This document shows positions 10,139 to 20,548 of a stretch of DNA of 64,000 bases, one piece after another. The stretch is from assembly GCA_050951545.1 (NCBI GenBank), contig JBMNJG010000005.1, forward strand, positions 160,001 through 224,000, written 5' to 3'. The notes under the pieces are model-generated. The model saw nothing but the letters and a program-made list of their open reading frames with translations. It did not search any database and was not told the origin of the DNA. Source of the stretch: Limnochordia bacterium. Lineage in GTDB: Bacteria; Bacillota; Limnochordia; DTU080. Each line of letters starts with the position of its first letter. Position 1 is the stretch's first letter. The translations under genes and the position numbers were made by a program.

Positions 10139-11737
10139 GTGCGCCTCAAGTTCTGTGGTGCCGCACAGACAGTTACCGGATCATCGTTCCTAGTCTCAGT
10201 AGCAGATCGCCATATTCTCATCGACTGCGGCCTCTACCAAGGTAGCAAGGCTCTGCAAGAACGCAACTATGGGCCGTTCCCATTCAGTCCTAACGAGATC
10301 GATGCCGTAGTGCTCACGCATGCCCATATCGATCACAGCGGTCTGCTCCCCAAGCTAGTCAAGCAGGGCTTTAGGGGGCCCATCTACGCCACCGAACCGA
10401 CCAAGGATCTCTGTTCGATTATGTTAGCCGACAGCGCTCACATCCAAGAGACGGAGGTGGAGCGCAAAAACCGCAAGCTGGCCCGGCAGGACAAACCCCT
10501 ACTTACCCCAATCTACACCGTAGCGGATGCGCAAGCGACCATGGAGCAATTTGAGGCTGTAGAGTACTACCGCAGGGTCGCCCTTTTCCCCAATGTAGTG
10601 GCTGTGCTGCGCCCATCGGGGCATATGCTCGGCGCTGCACTGATAGAGCTGCATGTGTTGGAGGGTGACGAGCGAACCACGCTACTGTTCACCGGCGATC
10701 TCGGGGCCACAGACCGCCCGATCGTGCCCGATCCTGAGAAACCGGGAGGTCCTGACTTTGTCATTATGGAGGCCACCTATGGTGACAGAGAACGCCAGGA
10801 ACCCGAAGACAGTTACGCGCAACTGGCCCGCATTATCAAAGACACGTTCCGTCGTGGCGGGAACGTCATCATTCCAGCCTTTGCCGTGGAACGCACCCAG
10901 GATCTGCTCTACGGGCTCAATCGACTCATCCATAGAGGAGCGTTGGCACCACAGCATGTCTACGTCGACAGCCCGCTTGCCGTCGAGGCAACCCGGGTCT
11001 TTGCCCGCCATGTCGATCTGTTTGACGAAGAGGCTCAACGCTTCCGCCACATAACCGGCGATGTGCCCATTCATTTTCCCAATCTGCACTTCGTGCATAC
11101 GCCTCAGGAGTCCATGCAGCTCAACCGTATCAAGAGCGGCGCCGTGATCATCTCTGCCAGCGGCATGTGCACCGCAGGACGCATCAAGCATCACCTTAAG
11201 CACAACCTTTGGCGCCCGGAGTCCTCTGTGGTATTTGTGGGATACCAAGCCCAAGGAAGCCTCGGTAGGCAGATCGTCGATGGAGAACCGCTGGTGCGCA
11301 TCCATGGAGAGTACGTGAAGGTTCGAGCACAAATTCACCAGCTCGAGGGCTTCTCTGCACACGCTGATCAACGGGAACTCGTGGAGTGGGTAACCCACCT
11401 GGAACGCTGTCCACGAGCCGTCTTCCTAGTTCACGGTGAGGAAAGCGCTCTCTCGACGCTGCAGGAGCTACTTCGCCGCAAGCTGGGTGTGCCAATCGAG
11501 GTACCAGCCCATCTTTCAGAGTATACTCTTGCCGAGACATCTACCCAGATTGACTGTGGCAGAGCCGCTCGCGCGGTCCAGCCCACACTCTGGTCTACGA
11601 CTCGTCAGCTTGTAGACGTGCTCCGGGAGCTCGAACGTGCTGACATACCTACAGAGGAGCTTACAGCTTTTCTGGCTCAGGCTGAGGCCCTACGCCAGGA
11701 GGCCGCCCGTACTCTGCGGGATGGGACAGCCGCCTGA
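10139..11737 (+). CDS. MBL-fold/beta-CASP metallo-hydrolase (YSH1/CPSF-73-like ribonuclease)
   Basis: THAHIDHSG, GHMLGAA, ASGMCTAGRI, FSAHADQ and LVHGE motifs. Confidence 0.92.
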   Translation: MRLKFCGAAQTVTGSSFLVSVADRHILIDCGLYQGSKALQERNYGPFPFSPNEIDAVVLTHAHIDHSGLLPKLVKQGFRGPIYATEPTKDLCSIMLADSAHIQETEVERKNRKLARQDKPLLTPIYTVADAQATMEQFEAVEYYRRVALFPNVVAVLRPSGHMLGAALIELHVLEGDERTTLLFTGDLGATDRPIVPDPEKPGGPDFVIMEATYGDRERQEPEDSYAQLARIIKDTFRRGGNVIIPAFAVERTQDLLYGLNRLIHRGALAPQHVYVDSPLAVEATRVFARHVDLFDEEAQRFRHITGDVPIHFPNLHFVHTPQESMQLNRIKSGAVIISASGMCTAGRIKHHLKHNLWRPESSVVFVGYQAQGSLGRQIVDGEPLVRIHGEYVKVRAQIHQLEGFSAHADQRELVEWVTHLERCPRAVFLVHGEESALSTLQELLRRKLGVPIEVPAHLSEYTLAETSTQIDCGRAARAVQPTLWSTTRQLVDVLRELERADIPTEELTAFLAQAEALRQEAARTLRDGTAA

Positions 11738-11758
11738 TGTCTTTCGCATGTCCGCGAG

Positions 11759-11792
11759 CACAGGATCCGTCCCCAAGGCGACGGATCCTGTG
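11759..11792. terminator. Hairpin between convergent genes (likely terminator)
   Basis: CACAGGATCCGTC-N8-GACGGATCCTGTG, a 13-bp stem. Confidence 0.6.
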
Positions 11793-11805
11793 TTCCACCT
11801 AGACT

Positions 11806-12093
11806 CTAGCTTTTCTTGGCACTCTGTGTTGTTTCTGCACGGCTGATCTTGGGAACTGACGGGGTTGAGCCCCGCCCCTTGTCGTGGAAGGTCTTACAGC
11901 ACGTCGCCATGCAAGTGTGAGCTGAAGTGCTCCCTATCTCGGATGCTACCTCCATCATGGTGGTAGCATCGACATGCTCAGGTGCTTTGCTGGCCCCGGC
12001 ATCACTTGTTACCAGAATCTCTTTGGCCAGACAGAGATTCCCCGTCTCCCAATAGTAGCAGTTCTCTACTGTGCAGTGGATATGCTGCGGCAA
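11806..12093 (-). CDS. Small Cys-rich DUF1540-like protein
   Basis: Pattern IHCTVENCYYW..N.CLAKEILV...TCCKTF. TTG start after GAGGGGG. Confidence 0.75.
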   Translation of the reverse strand: MPQHIHCTVENCYYWETGNLCLAKEILVTSDAGASKAPEHVDATTMMEVASEIGSTSAHTCMATCCKTFHDKGRGSTPSVPKISRAETTQSAKKS

Positions 12094-12162
12094 CCAGACT
12101 ACCCCCTCTGCTCTGATCTCCATTCTAGAATGAGCGTTGGAGGGCAGCATTATGCCAGGCAA

Positions 12163-12546
12163 CTAGCGCAGCGTCGCGATGCAGTCTATCTCAACGTCAA
12201 AGCCCGGCAACTGTGCGCCGACAGTGGTGCGGCATGGATAGGGTTCATGAAAAAACTCCCGGTAGACCTCATTAAACGACTGAAAGTGTCGCATATCGCT
12301 GAGATAGGCGTTGACCTTCACCACCAGCGTAAGATCAGAACCAGCGGCTTCCAGAATGGCCTTCACGTTTCTCAGCGTCTGGCGTACCTGGTCTTGTATC
12401 GATCCCTCAATCTGCTTACCAGTGGCCGGATCGAGAGGACCTTGACCCGACACGAATAGAAGATCACCCACCTTGAGCCCCTGCGAGTATGGGCCGGCAC
12501 CGCGAGGCGCTCCCTGGGCGATAACGAGTTCCTTCACATGTATCAC
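12163..12546 (-). CDS. RidA/YjgF/YER057c/UK114-family imine deaminase
   Basis: GPYSQG, FVSGQGP, FNEVYREFF..PYPCRTTV and VEIDCIA motifs. Confidence 0.93.
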   Translation of the reverse strand: MIHVKELVIAQGAPRGAGPYSQGLKVGDLLFVSGQGPLDPATGKQIEGSIQDQVRQTLRNVKAILEAAGSDLTLVVKVNAYLSDMRHFQSFNEVYREFFHEPYPCRTTVGAQLPGFDVEIDCIATLR

Positions 12547-12714
12547 ATCCCTTGCTTATTTCATAGCACTCGGTCAGACTACATCTTCCTCCTCCTTGCG
12601 AGCTGTACCTGCCCCTGAATCACAGTAAATTTCTCTCCACAACCCCAATCAGGAAGGTACAACCGTAAGGAGCGAGAATAAGGATGGCGTTAAAGGAGTG
12701 GGATCGATCGTAGA

Positions 12715-13800
12715 ATGGTAAAGCTGGAATCGGTCAGCAAGATGTTTGGCGATTTTCTCGCCGTAAACAACTTATCTTTGGACGTCGCAGAGGGCGAGTT
12801 TCTCACTTTGTTGGGTCCAAGCGGCTGCGGAAAAACCACAACACTGAGACTGATCGCTGGCTTTGAGCAACCGACATCCGGACGCGTCCATATTGGTAAT
12901 ACCCTCGTCAACGATGTTCCTCCTTTTCGCCGCGATGTGAACACCGTCTTTCAGAACTATGCTCTCTTCCCACACCTCACGGTATACGAAAATGTCGCCT
13001 TTGGCTTGCGTCTGAAAAAAGCCAGTCGAGCTACCATTGAAGAGCGTGTGCGCTGGGCCCTAGACCTGGTCAAACTGGGAAGCCTAGGTGCGCGTAGACC
13101 GCGCCAACTCTCTGGTGGCCAGCAGCAGCGAGTAGCTCTGGCGCGGGCACTGGTGTGCCATCCCAAAGTGCTACTGCTCGATGAACCCTTGGGAGCACTC
13201 GATCTGAAGATGCGCAAGACCATGCAGATCGAACTGAAAGCTCTGCAACGCCAACTGGGTGTGACGTTTATCTATGTCACCCATGACCAAGAAGAAGCCT
13301 TGGCCATGTCCGACCGGATAGCAGTCATGGACGCTGGCATCGTGCATCAACTAGACACCGCAGCCGTCATCTATGAGTACCCACGCACCCGTTTTGTGGC
13401 CGATTTCATTGGCGAGGCCAACCTTCTTCAGGCCCGTGTAGCAGAGATCACCCCACAAACCGCGTGGCTCGAGGTGCACGGCCAACGCTTGCCATGTGCG
13501 CCTTGCGAAGGTGTACGCCCGAACCAGGAAGTGTGGCTTATGCTTAGACCGGAGTATATTCGAGTTCGATCAGCTCAGCACGCCCGCCAAGCAGTTGCCA
13601 CAGAGAGTGCCGCTGTTGTCAGCGGAGTGCTTCGCGAGATTGTCTATCTGGGAGCTACGCTCAAAGCCATCGTAGAGATTGGCAAGGGTTTGAGCATCAC
13701 GGCTGCTAGGTTAAGCAGTTCGAGTGTGGCCACTATCGCCCCTGGCTCCACCGTGCAACTTCACTGGCCTTCTTCTGCTGGCCACATCCTAACCCAGTAG
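12715..13800 (+). CDS. potA: Spermidine/putrescine ABC transporter ATPase
   Basis: Walker A GPSGCGKTT, LSGGQQQRVALARAL, VNTVFQNYALFPHL; C-terminal TOBE region. Confidence 0.93.
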   Translation: MVKLESVSKMFGDFLAVNNLSLDVAEGEFLTLLGPSGCGKTTTLRLIAGFEQPTSGRVHIGNTLVNDVPPFRRDVNTVFQNYALFPHLTVYENVAFGLRLKKASRATIEERVRWALDLVKLGSLGARRPRQLSGGQQQRVALARALVCHPKVLLLDEPLGALDLKMRKTMQIELKALQRQLGVTFIYVTHDQEEALAMSDRIAVMDAGIVHQLDTAAVIYEYPRTRFVADFIGEANLLQARVAEITPQTAWLEVHGQRLPCAPCEGVRPNQEVWLMLRPEYIRVRSAQHARQAVATESAAVVSGVLREIVYLGATLKAIVEIGKGLSITAARLSSSSVATIAPGSTVQLHWPSSAGHILTQ

Positions 13801-13813
13801 GAGTGGATGCTCA

Positions 13814-14716
13814 ATGGCTGTTCTGCCGCAGCTTCGCCGGCAGCGAAGACGCCCCGACGAACCCACTGGCGAAATCGCTGGCGGGGCGCGCCACCGCGTC
13901 ATGCTCCTATTGCCAGGAGTGGTCTGGCTCGTTATCTTTGGTATTCTACCGCTGGCCCTGGTGGTCTTATATAGCTTTGCCCACCGCGGGACCTATGGTG
14001 GCATAGAGATCACCTGGACGCTTGAAAACTACGCCCGTCTGGCAGATCGTCTGTATCTGGCTATTCTGTGGCGTTCGTTCGTGTTTGCCCTGGCCACCAC
14101 CGTCCTTTGCCTCCTTTTGGGCTACCCATTGGCTTATGCTATTGCCTCATCGCCGGAGCCTGTCAAGAACCGGCTGCTACTCCTCATGATCGTGCCCTTT
14201 TGGACGAACTTCCTAATACGTACCTACGCCTGGATTATCATCCTGCGTGGTCAGGGTTTGATCAACGGGCTTCTGATGCACTTGGGGTTGATAAATGAAC
14301 CGCTTAAGATGCTGTATACGCCAGGAGCAGTATTGCTCGGCTTCGTCTACAACTGGCTGCCTTTCATGGTGTTGCCTCTGTATGCTTCATTGGAGAAGAT
14401 TGACCGCTCTTATATTGAAGCAGCTATGGATCTCGGTGCCCGCGGCAAAGCGATTCTCGCCCGAGTTATTCTGCCACTGTCGCTACCAGGTATCGCTGCT
14501 GGTTGCATCTTGGTCTTTATTCCCGCCTTGGCTATGTTCGCCATTCCGGATCTTCTCGGTGGCGCGCGCACGATGCTCGTAGGCAACCTCATCAAGAACC
14601 AGTTTCTTTCGGCACGCAACTGGCCATTTGGCTCCGCGGCATCGGTCTTTCTCATGGTAATCATGTTAATCGCTCTCTTCATCTACAGGCACGTCCTGCA
14701 AAGAACGCAAGGGTAA
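13814..14716 (+). CDS. potB: Spermidine/putrescine ABC permease PotB
   Basis: VPFWTNFLIRTYAW, EAAMDLGA and RNWPFGSA motifs. Confidence 0.93.
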   Translation: MAVLPQLRRQRRRPDEPTGEIAGGARHRVMLLLPGVVWLVIFGILPLALVVLYSFAHRGTYGGIEITWTLENYARLADRLYLAILWRSFVFALATTVLCLLLGYPLAYAIASSPEPVKNRLLLLMIVPFWTNFLIRTYAWIIILRGQGLINGLLMHLGLINEPLKMLYTPGAVLLGFVYNWLPFMVLPLYASLEKIDRSYIEAAMDLGARGKAILARVILPLSLPGIAAGCILVFIPALAMFAIPDLLGGARTMLVGNLIKNQFLSARNWPFGSAASVFLMVIMLIALFIYRHVLQRTQG

Positions 14717-14731
14717 GGGGAGGTGTGATCT

Positions 14732-15499
14732 GTGTCGCGACGCTGCTTGTGGGTCTATGTCACACTGGGCTACCTCTTCTTATACCTGCCCATTGCTGTG
14801 CTCGTGGTCTTCTCCTTCAATGCCTCCCGCTTTAATGTCAACTGGGAGGGCTTCACCTTGGCATGGTACGCCAAGCTTGGCACCAATGCCAATATCCTGG
14901 CAGCGGCCAGCAACAGCCTTGTCATCGCCTGTGTAAGTACCGTCCTTTCCACTGTACTCGGCACGAATCTGGCTCTGGGCATGCACCGGAACACCACCTG
15001 GCTTCGTCCCATCACGGAGTTCTTGGTTTACGTGCCAGTTATCGTTCCCGAGACTGTCATGGGCATTTCGCTTCTGGCCTTCTTCGTCCTCACAGGCATT
15101 CGGCTGGGTCTGGTCTCGGTGGTTATCTCCCATGTGGCCTTCTGCGCCCCCTTCGTTGCGCTGATTGTGCAAGCGAGACTCGACGGCTTTGACGATTCGC
15201 TGGTCGAGGCCGCCCTCGATCTAGGCGCCACCGAATGGCAGGCACTCTACAGGGTCATCCTGCCGATAGCCGCCCCGGGGATTCTTGCTGGAGCCCTGCT
15301 GGCCTTCACCATGTCCTTGGATGATTTCATCGTTACGTTTTTCACGGCTGGTCCGGGTTCTACCACTCTGCCGCTCTATATCTTCTCTATGGTCAAATTT
15401 GGGATCTCTCCCGAGATAAACGCCCTATGTACCGTGCTTCTTGTTGTCACGGCCGTCGCGATCGTGGCCTACGACAAGCTGGTTCGCATACGTGACTAG
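14732..15499 (+). CDS. potC: Spermidine/putrescine ABC permease PotC
   Basis: FLYLPI..VFSFN, EAALDLGA and FTMSLDDF motifs. Confidence 0.93.
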   Translation: MSRRCLWVYVTLGYLFLYLPIAVLVVFSFNASRFNVNWEGFTLAWYAKLGTNANILAAASNSLVIACVSTVLSTVLGTNLALGMHRNTTWLRPITEFLVYVPVIVPETVMGISLLAFFVLTGIRLGLVSVVISHVAFCAPFVALIVQARLDGFDDSLVEAALDLGATEWQALYRVILPIAAPGILAGALLAFTMSLDDFIVTFFTAGPGSTTLPLYIFSMVKFGISPEINALCTVLLVVTAVAIVAYDKLVRIRD

Positions 15500-15547
15500 T
15501 AGCCTGCGCCGCCTGCGCAGAGGGTTGATTTTAGGAGGCTTATTCCT

Positions 15548-16603
15548 ATGAAAAGACTGTTCGGACGGTGGACTGTGCCTTTGGTGGTGTTGGTGGTTGC
15601 TGCGGCGATCGTGGTGCCCCGGGCTATGCGTAGCCGCCGCTTGCCAGAACTGAACCTCTTCAACTGGACCGAGTACATGCCACAGGAGATACTGGATGCT
15701 TTTGCCAAGGAGTTTCGAGTCAGGATCAACTATGACACCTATTCGAGCAACGAAGAGATGCTGGCCAAACTGACCGCTGGTGCCGCAGGTTACGATATTA
15801 TCGTCCCCTCAGATTACATGGTCTCTGTGCTCTTGAAGCAGGGTCTGCTCGAACCCCTTGATAAGCAGGCTCTCACCAACTGGGGCAACCTTGATCCGGA
15901 CTTCCTCAATCTGGAGTTTGACCCGAGCAACCGCTACAGCGTCCCCTACATGTGGGGTACGGTTGGTCTCGCGGTTAATACCACCTTCGTCAAAGAGACG
16001 ATCACCAAATGGGGAGACCTGTGGGACCCGAAATACAAGGGCCGCATCGTGTTACCGGATGATCCACGGGAGATCATCGGGATGGGTCTACAGGTTACAG
16101 GCAAGTCACGCAACAGCACTGAGCCAAAAGATCTGGAGGCGGCCAAGCAGAAGCTGCGGGATCTGATGCCTTCTGTTAAGGCCTTCGACAGCGACAGCCC
16201 CAAGTCGCTTCTGCTCTCAGGGGAAGTGCATCTAGGCATGGTATGGAACGGGGAAGCTGTGTTGGCAGCTGTAGAAAACCCGAAGATCATCTACGTACTG
16301 CCCGCTGAGGGCGGGGGGATATGGATGGACACCCTGGCCATCCCCAAGTCCGCGAAGAACAAGAAACTGGCCCACGAGTTCATCAACTTCATGCTACGGC
16401 CCGAGATCAGTGCACGGCTATCTGAAGCCTTTCCCTATGGGAACCCAAATAAGGCCTCGCACGCACTTACTGATCCTGGTATCTTGAGCAATCCAGCTGC
16501 CTATCCTTCGGCCTCAGCTCTCAGGAAAGCAGAATGGCTTACGGACGTAGGCGAGGCTACAGTGCTATATGATAGAATCTGGACAGAGCTTAAGGGCCAG
16601 TAA
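15548..16603 (+). CDS. potD: Spermidine/putrescine ABC substrate-binding protein PotD
   Basis: LNLFNWTEYM, SNEEMLAKL, YDIIVPSDYMV and PYMWGTVG motifs; N-terminal hydrophobic anchor. Confidence 0.93.
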   Translation: MKRLFGRWTVPLVVLVVAAAIVVPRAMRSRRLPELNLFNWTEYMPQEILDAFAKEFRVRINYDTYSSNEEMLAKLTAGAAGYDIIVPSDYMVSVLLKQGLLEPLDKQALTNWGNLDPDFLNLEFDPSNRYSVPYMWGTVGLAVNTTFVKETITKWGDLWDPKYKGRIVLPDDPREIIGMGLQVTGKSRNSTEPKDLEAAKQKLRDLMPSVKAFDSDSPKSLLLSGEVHLGMVWNGEAVLAAVENPKIIYVLPAEGGGIWMDTLAIPKSAKNKKLAHEFINFMLRPEISARLSEAFPYGNPNKASHALTDPGILSNPAAYPSASALRKAEWLTDVGEATVLYDRIWTELKGQ

Positions 16604-16649
16604 CGCGATGACGGGCGCCCAGCGTAGGGCGCCCACTTGTTCTTCCTCT

Positions 16650-16910
16650 CTAGTTCTTAAAGTGCTTGGCGTTCTTCTCGATGAAGGACTGCCACTCTTC
16701 GGGCACTTCATCCTCAGGGAAAATAGCCTGCACTGGGCACTCGGCGGCACAAGCTCCACACTCGATGCACTCATCAGGATCAATAAAGAGCTGCTCCGCC
16801 TCCTCGAAGCCATCCTCGTCCTTCATGGGATGGATGGCCTCTACCGGGCACACCTCTGAACACGCTGTGTCTTTGACACCAATGCACGGCTCGCAGATGA
16901 CATATGCCAT
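16650..16910 (-). CDS. Dicluster (7Fe-type, FdxA-like) ferredoxin
   Basis: YVICEPCIGVKDTACSEVCPV...IDPDECIECGACAAECP. Confidence 0.92.
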   Translation of the reverse strand: MAYVICEPCIGVKDTACSEVCPVEAIHPMKDEDGFEEAEQLFIDPDECIECGACAAECPVQAIFPEDEVPEEWQSFIEKNAKHFKN

Positions 16911-17044
16911 TTCGTGATCCTCCTTCGTTAGTTACGATTATTCGCCCCGCAACTCGCTGTCCCTTCGTGTTGAGGAATAAACAGGAGCCACGTGTCCACC
17001 GCCGTATTATAACATTTAGCTATGCTCCGTAGGAGAGATGCCAT

Positions 17045-17776
17045 ATGGGTTTCTGGAACGAGTTCCGCCCAACACGACCCCACCAATGGGACGGCTCGCT
17101 AACCGATGTACGAACCGCGCGTTTTGAGGGCCTCGTCGCCTACGGTGAGCCCGTCTTTGTGGCCAAAGCTGGCGCACTGGCTGGGGCAATCGTGACCGTT
17201 ATTCTGCGCTTCTTCCCCCTCAGTCCTGTCCGCCATAGCACGTTCCTCTTCTCCGTGGCCTTTTTCTCGGTGCTTGGGGCACTGCTGGCTCTGTGGCGAC
17301 GCCAGGCCCTGCTGAAGGAGAAGCGTTACCGGCTGTTCAACCGTGACTTTCTTCCCCACACGCTGTTTACCTATGCCTTTATCCCTTTTCTGCCGATGCT
17401 ATACATGTTCATTCTACCCGACATCTCTGAAGACGTGAGCTCTAGCCTCGACACGTTTACTGGCGGCGGGATACTCCTACTCATGACATTCTGGACTGGT
17501 GCGGTCTTCGATTACCTATGGGAGGCATTCCACAACTTTAGTTTGATCCGCCTTGGGCGAAGCAACCCTGACCACATCGGCAAGCTGACCCTGCGTCGCT
17601 GGATCATGCAAGAGGAAGCATTGCATCAGTTCCATCTTGACGATCTAAGCTATTGCGACGGCCACGTGGTGGTAAAAGGCTGGTTCGAAGACCCCAGCGA
17701 GCTTCGCCGGAAGCTCCTGTTGTTGGATTTTGTCACAGAGGCCAAGATAGACCAGCAAGACGAGCCGCCGCTATAG
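17045..17776 (+). CDS. Hypothetical membrane protein (about 4 TM segments)
   Basis: 243-aa ORF with RBS AGGAG, a sigma-H-like promoter and hydrophobic segments; no recognisable family. Confidence 0.7.
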   Translation: MGFWNEFRPTRPHQWDGSLTDVRTARFEGLVAYGEPVFVAKAGALAGAIVTVILRFFPLSPVRHSTFLFSVAFFSVLGALLALWRRQALLKEKRYRLFNRDFLPHTLFTYAFIPFLPMLYMFILPDISEDVSSSLDTFTGGGILLLMTFWTGAVFDYLWEAFHNFSLIRLGRSNPDHIGKLTLRRWIMQEEALHQFHLDDLSYCDGHVVVKGWFEDPSELRRKLLLLDFVTEAKIDQQDEPPL

Positions 17777-17813
17777 AAATGGCCGCTCGTCTCGCTACTG
17801 TATGCCATGCATG

Positions 17814-18503
17814 TTACCTTGTCAGGTAGTGCTGCAGAGTCGCCAAACCTGCAGCCAGGTCTTCGTTGCGTACCACAATTTCAGACGGTACGACAAGGCT
17901 AACCGGGGCGAAATTCCAGATGGCCATGATGCCAGCCTCGACCATCGTATCGGCCACCGCTTGCGCCTCCGCATCTGGCACCGTGATAATCCCCAACTGA
18001 ATGCGAAGCCGTTGTACCAGATCTCCGAGCTTATCTACGGGCAAGATGGCCTGCCCTCCACTCCGCGCTCCCGGAAGCGGCTGCCCAACCTTGGCCTCAT
18101 CCGCATCAAACACAGCCACAATCTCTATTCCATAGGCGCGGAATCCTGAGTACCCACACAGCGCCAAGCCTAGCTTGCCAGCACCTACCAGCACCGCATC
18201 GGTGATATTGTTGAACCCCAGTACATCCTCCAAGCGCTGTAGTAAATCCGCCGCCTTATACCCCAGTCCTGGGCGTCCCTTCCCCCATACGCAACTCAGG
18301 TCGCGACGCACTTGGGCATCGTCGATCTGCAACCGTCGTCCCAGCTCCGAACTGGCAACATAAGCTTCGCCGGACTTCACCACTGCTGCCACAACTCGGT
18401 AATACGCGGGCAGCCGCTCCAGTGTAGGGCGAGGTAAGGCGACTGACTCTTGGCTCAAGCGCTCTACACTCTTGCTTTCATCCGCTGCCTGCTGTGGACT
18501 CAC
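17814..18503 (-). CDS. rex: Redox-sensing transcriptional repressor Rex
   Basis: PTLERLPAYYR, QVRRDLS...GRPGLGY, VGAGKLGLAL and IWNFAP motifs. Confidence 0.95.
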   Translation of the reverse strand: MSPQQAADESKSVERLSQESVALPRPTLERLPAYYRVVAAVVKSGEAYVASSELGRRLQIDDAQVRRDLSCVWGKGRPGLGYKAADLLQRLEDVLGFNNITDAVLVGAGKLGLALCGYSGFRAYGIEIVAVFDADEAKVGQPLPGARSGGQAILPVDKLGDLVQRLRIQLGIITVPDAEAQAVADTMVEAGIMAIWNFAPVSLVVPSEIVVRNEDLAAGLATLQHYLTR

Positions 18504-20548
18504 TCGCTTGTCTCACTCCTTGTCGCTTTCAGAGCGTCCATGATCTCCCTCATCACATCGTCAGTCTTGCTGGGAGAAAGTCCTCCTAGCATCTTTCCTC
18601 CCACACGCACTGAAGGTGCACCAGCACAGTTTTCGAGGCAAAACGCAGCCCGCAGATCGACCCGGTCCGCATAGCCTGAGTTCTCCAAGCGCTTGGTGAG
18701 ATCTGCCAGGATCTGGCCCGACCCCTTGACAAAACAGCACGTCCCTACACAGACCTCTACATCCACCTTCTGCTCAGTTGACTGACCGCACAGTACCGGT
18801 ATCCCATCTGACTGGATGCGCCGCCTCTGGACGTATCCAGTGTGTAGGGCCTCATGCGCAGCAATACCGCCTACGTCTCCGAGCCATTTCCCGTACATAG
18901 AGGCCACCAAGGGATTCTCCTGCGCCTTGCGGAGCTGTAGAGCAGTATCAACCCTGTAGATACCGCCTGCCCGCTTCTTCCGCAGATCAGGTGACGACGT
19001 GCCAGGCTGACCTCCACCGCCAATACAGCCACCGGGGCAAGCCATGACCTCTACGATATCGTAGTGCACTTCGCCATCTTGTAGTTGGCGGATGATCTCC
19101 TTGGCACGAGACAACGTATGCGTTACACAGACTCGGACCTCTTGACCAGCCACCGTTACGGCAGCCTCCCGCACGCCAGCCTGTCCACGCACTTCCTGGA
19201 AGTTGACCTGTGACAATTCTTCACCAGTGAGAACGTAGTTCGCCGAGCGCAATACCGCCTCAGCTACACCGCCCGTTACGCCGAAGATCACACCCGCACC
19301 CGTGGTGAAGCCAAAAGGCATGTCCAGCGAATCATCTTCGAGTTCAGCGAAGCTGATACCTGCCTCCTTGATCATGTGCCCGATCTCTTGCGTGGTCAGC
19401 ACAAGATCTACATCACGAACTCCGTCATGACTAAACTCCGGTCTCTCCGCCTCGAACTTCTTTGCGGTACAAGGCATGATAGAGATCACATAGAGATCCT
19501 GCGGCTCTATGCCCAGCTCACGCGCGTAGTAACGTTTGGCCAACGAGCCAAACATCTGCTGCGGGGAGCGACAGCTCGACAGGTTCGGCAACAGCTCCGG
19601 ATGGTACTGCTCTGCATACTTCACCCAAGCGGGACAGCAGGAGGTAAACTGCGGCAACCGCTCCTTTTTCTGCAGCCGACCGATGAACTCAGTGGTCTCT
19701 TCCATCGCGGTGAGATCCGCAGCAAAGCTGGTGTCGAAGACCTTGTCGAACCCCAGCATCCGCAACGCCGTTACCAGCTTGCCTAAGCTGAGTTCTCCGG
19801 GCTTCATGCCGAAGAGCTCGCCCACGCTAACCCGCACCGCAGGGGCAATCTGAGCCAACACGATCTTCGTCTTGTCATGGATGGCTCCCCAAGCCTTATC
19901 CGTCTCCGACTTCACGATAAGTGCACCCGTCGGACAGACCGCCACACACTGCCCGCAGTTCACGCACTCCACATCGGCCAGATTCTTGCCGAATGCTGGC
20001 GTGACCACCGTCTTGGAGCCTCGATGGGCGAAATCCAAAGCCCCTATGCCCTGAACCTCCTGACACACTCTTACACAGTCACCGCAGAGAATGCATCGGT
20101 TGGGGTTGCGCACGATCGCCGGACTTGACAAGTCCAGTGGCATTTTCTCATCGCGCTTACCAAAACGCACAGTATCGATGTGGTAGCGTTGCGAGAGATC
20201 CTGAAGCTTGCACGACCCACTTTTGCTGCATGTCGTGCACTCGCGATCGTGGTTTGCCAGTAGCAACTCCAAAGCGATGCGCCGTATCTTCTGTACCCTA
20301 GGCGTATGAGTCTTGATCACCATGTTCGGCGCAGGTGGCGTGCTGCAGCTGGCCAGTATCTTGCCGTCCTCAGTCTCAACGAGGCACTGCCGACAAGCTC
20401 CATAAGCCGATAGCTCCGAGTGGTAGCAGAAGGTAGGCAACTCAATACCCGCCTTGCGTATCACTTCTAGGAGGTTGGGCTCGCCCTCTATCGCTACTTG
20501 TCGGCCGTCGACGGTGATTGTGGCCTTCTGGTTGTCTGATCTGCCCAT
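18500..20548 (-). CDS. hydA: Group A3 [FeFe]-hydrogenase catalytic subunit with C-terminal [2Fe-2S] thioredoxin-like module
   Basis: H-cluster motifs TSCCPAW, MPCTAKKFE and EVMACPGGCIGGGG. N-terminal 2Fe-2S, His-ligated 4Fe-4S and 2x4Fe-4S; C-terminal CVGTCC...FCLENC. Confidence 0.95.
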   Translation of the reverse strand: MGRSDNQKATITVDGRQVAIEGEPNLLEVIRKAGIELPTFCYHSELSAYGACRQCLVETEDGKILASCSTPPAPNMVIKTHTPRVQKIRRIALELLLANHDRECTTCSKSGSCKLQDLSQRYHIDTVRFGKRDEKMPLDLSSPAIVRNPNRCILCGDCVRVCQEVQGIGALDFAHRGSKTVVTPAFGKNLADVECVNCGQCVAVCPTGALIVKSETDKAWGAIHDKTKIVLAQIAPAVRVSVGELFGMKPGELSLGKLVTALRMLGFDKVFDTSFAADLTAMEETTEFIGRLQKKERLPQFTSCCPAWVKYAEQYHPELLPNLSSCRSPQQMFGSLAKRYYARELGIEPQDLYVISIMPCTAKKFEAERPEFSHDGVRDVDLVLTTQEIGHMIKEAGISFAELEDDSLDMPFGFTTGAGVIFGVTGGVAEAVLRSANYVLTGEELSQVNFQEVRGQAGVREAAVTVAGQEVRVCVTHTLSRAKEIIRQLQDGEVHYDIVEVMACPGGCIGGGGQPGTSSPDLRKKRAGGIYRVDTALQLRKAQENPLVASMYGKWLGDVGGIAAHEALHTGYVQRRRIQSDGIPVLCGQSTEQKVDVEVCVGTCCFVKGSGQILADLTKRLENSGYADRVDLRAAFCLENCAGAPSVRVGGKMLGGLSPSKTDDVMREIMDALKATRSETSE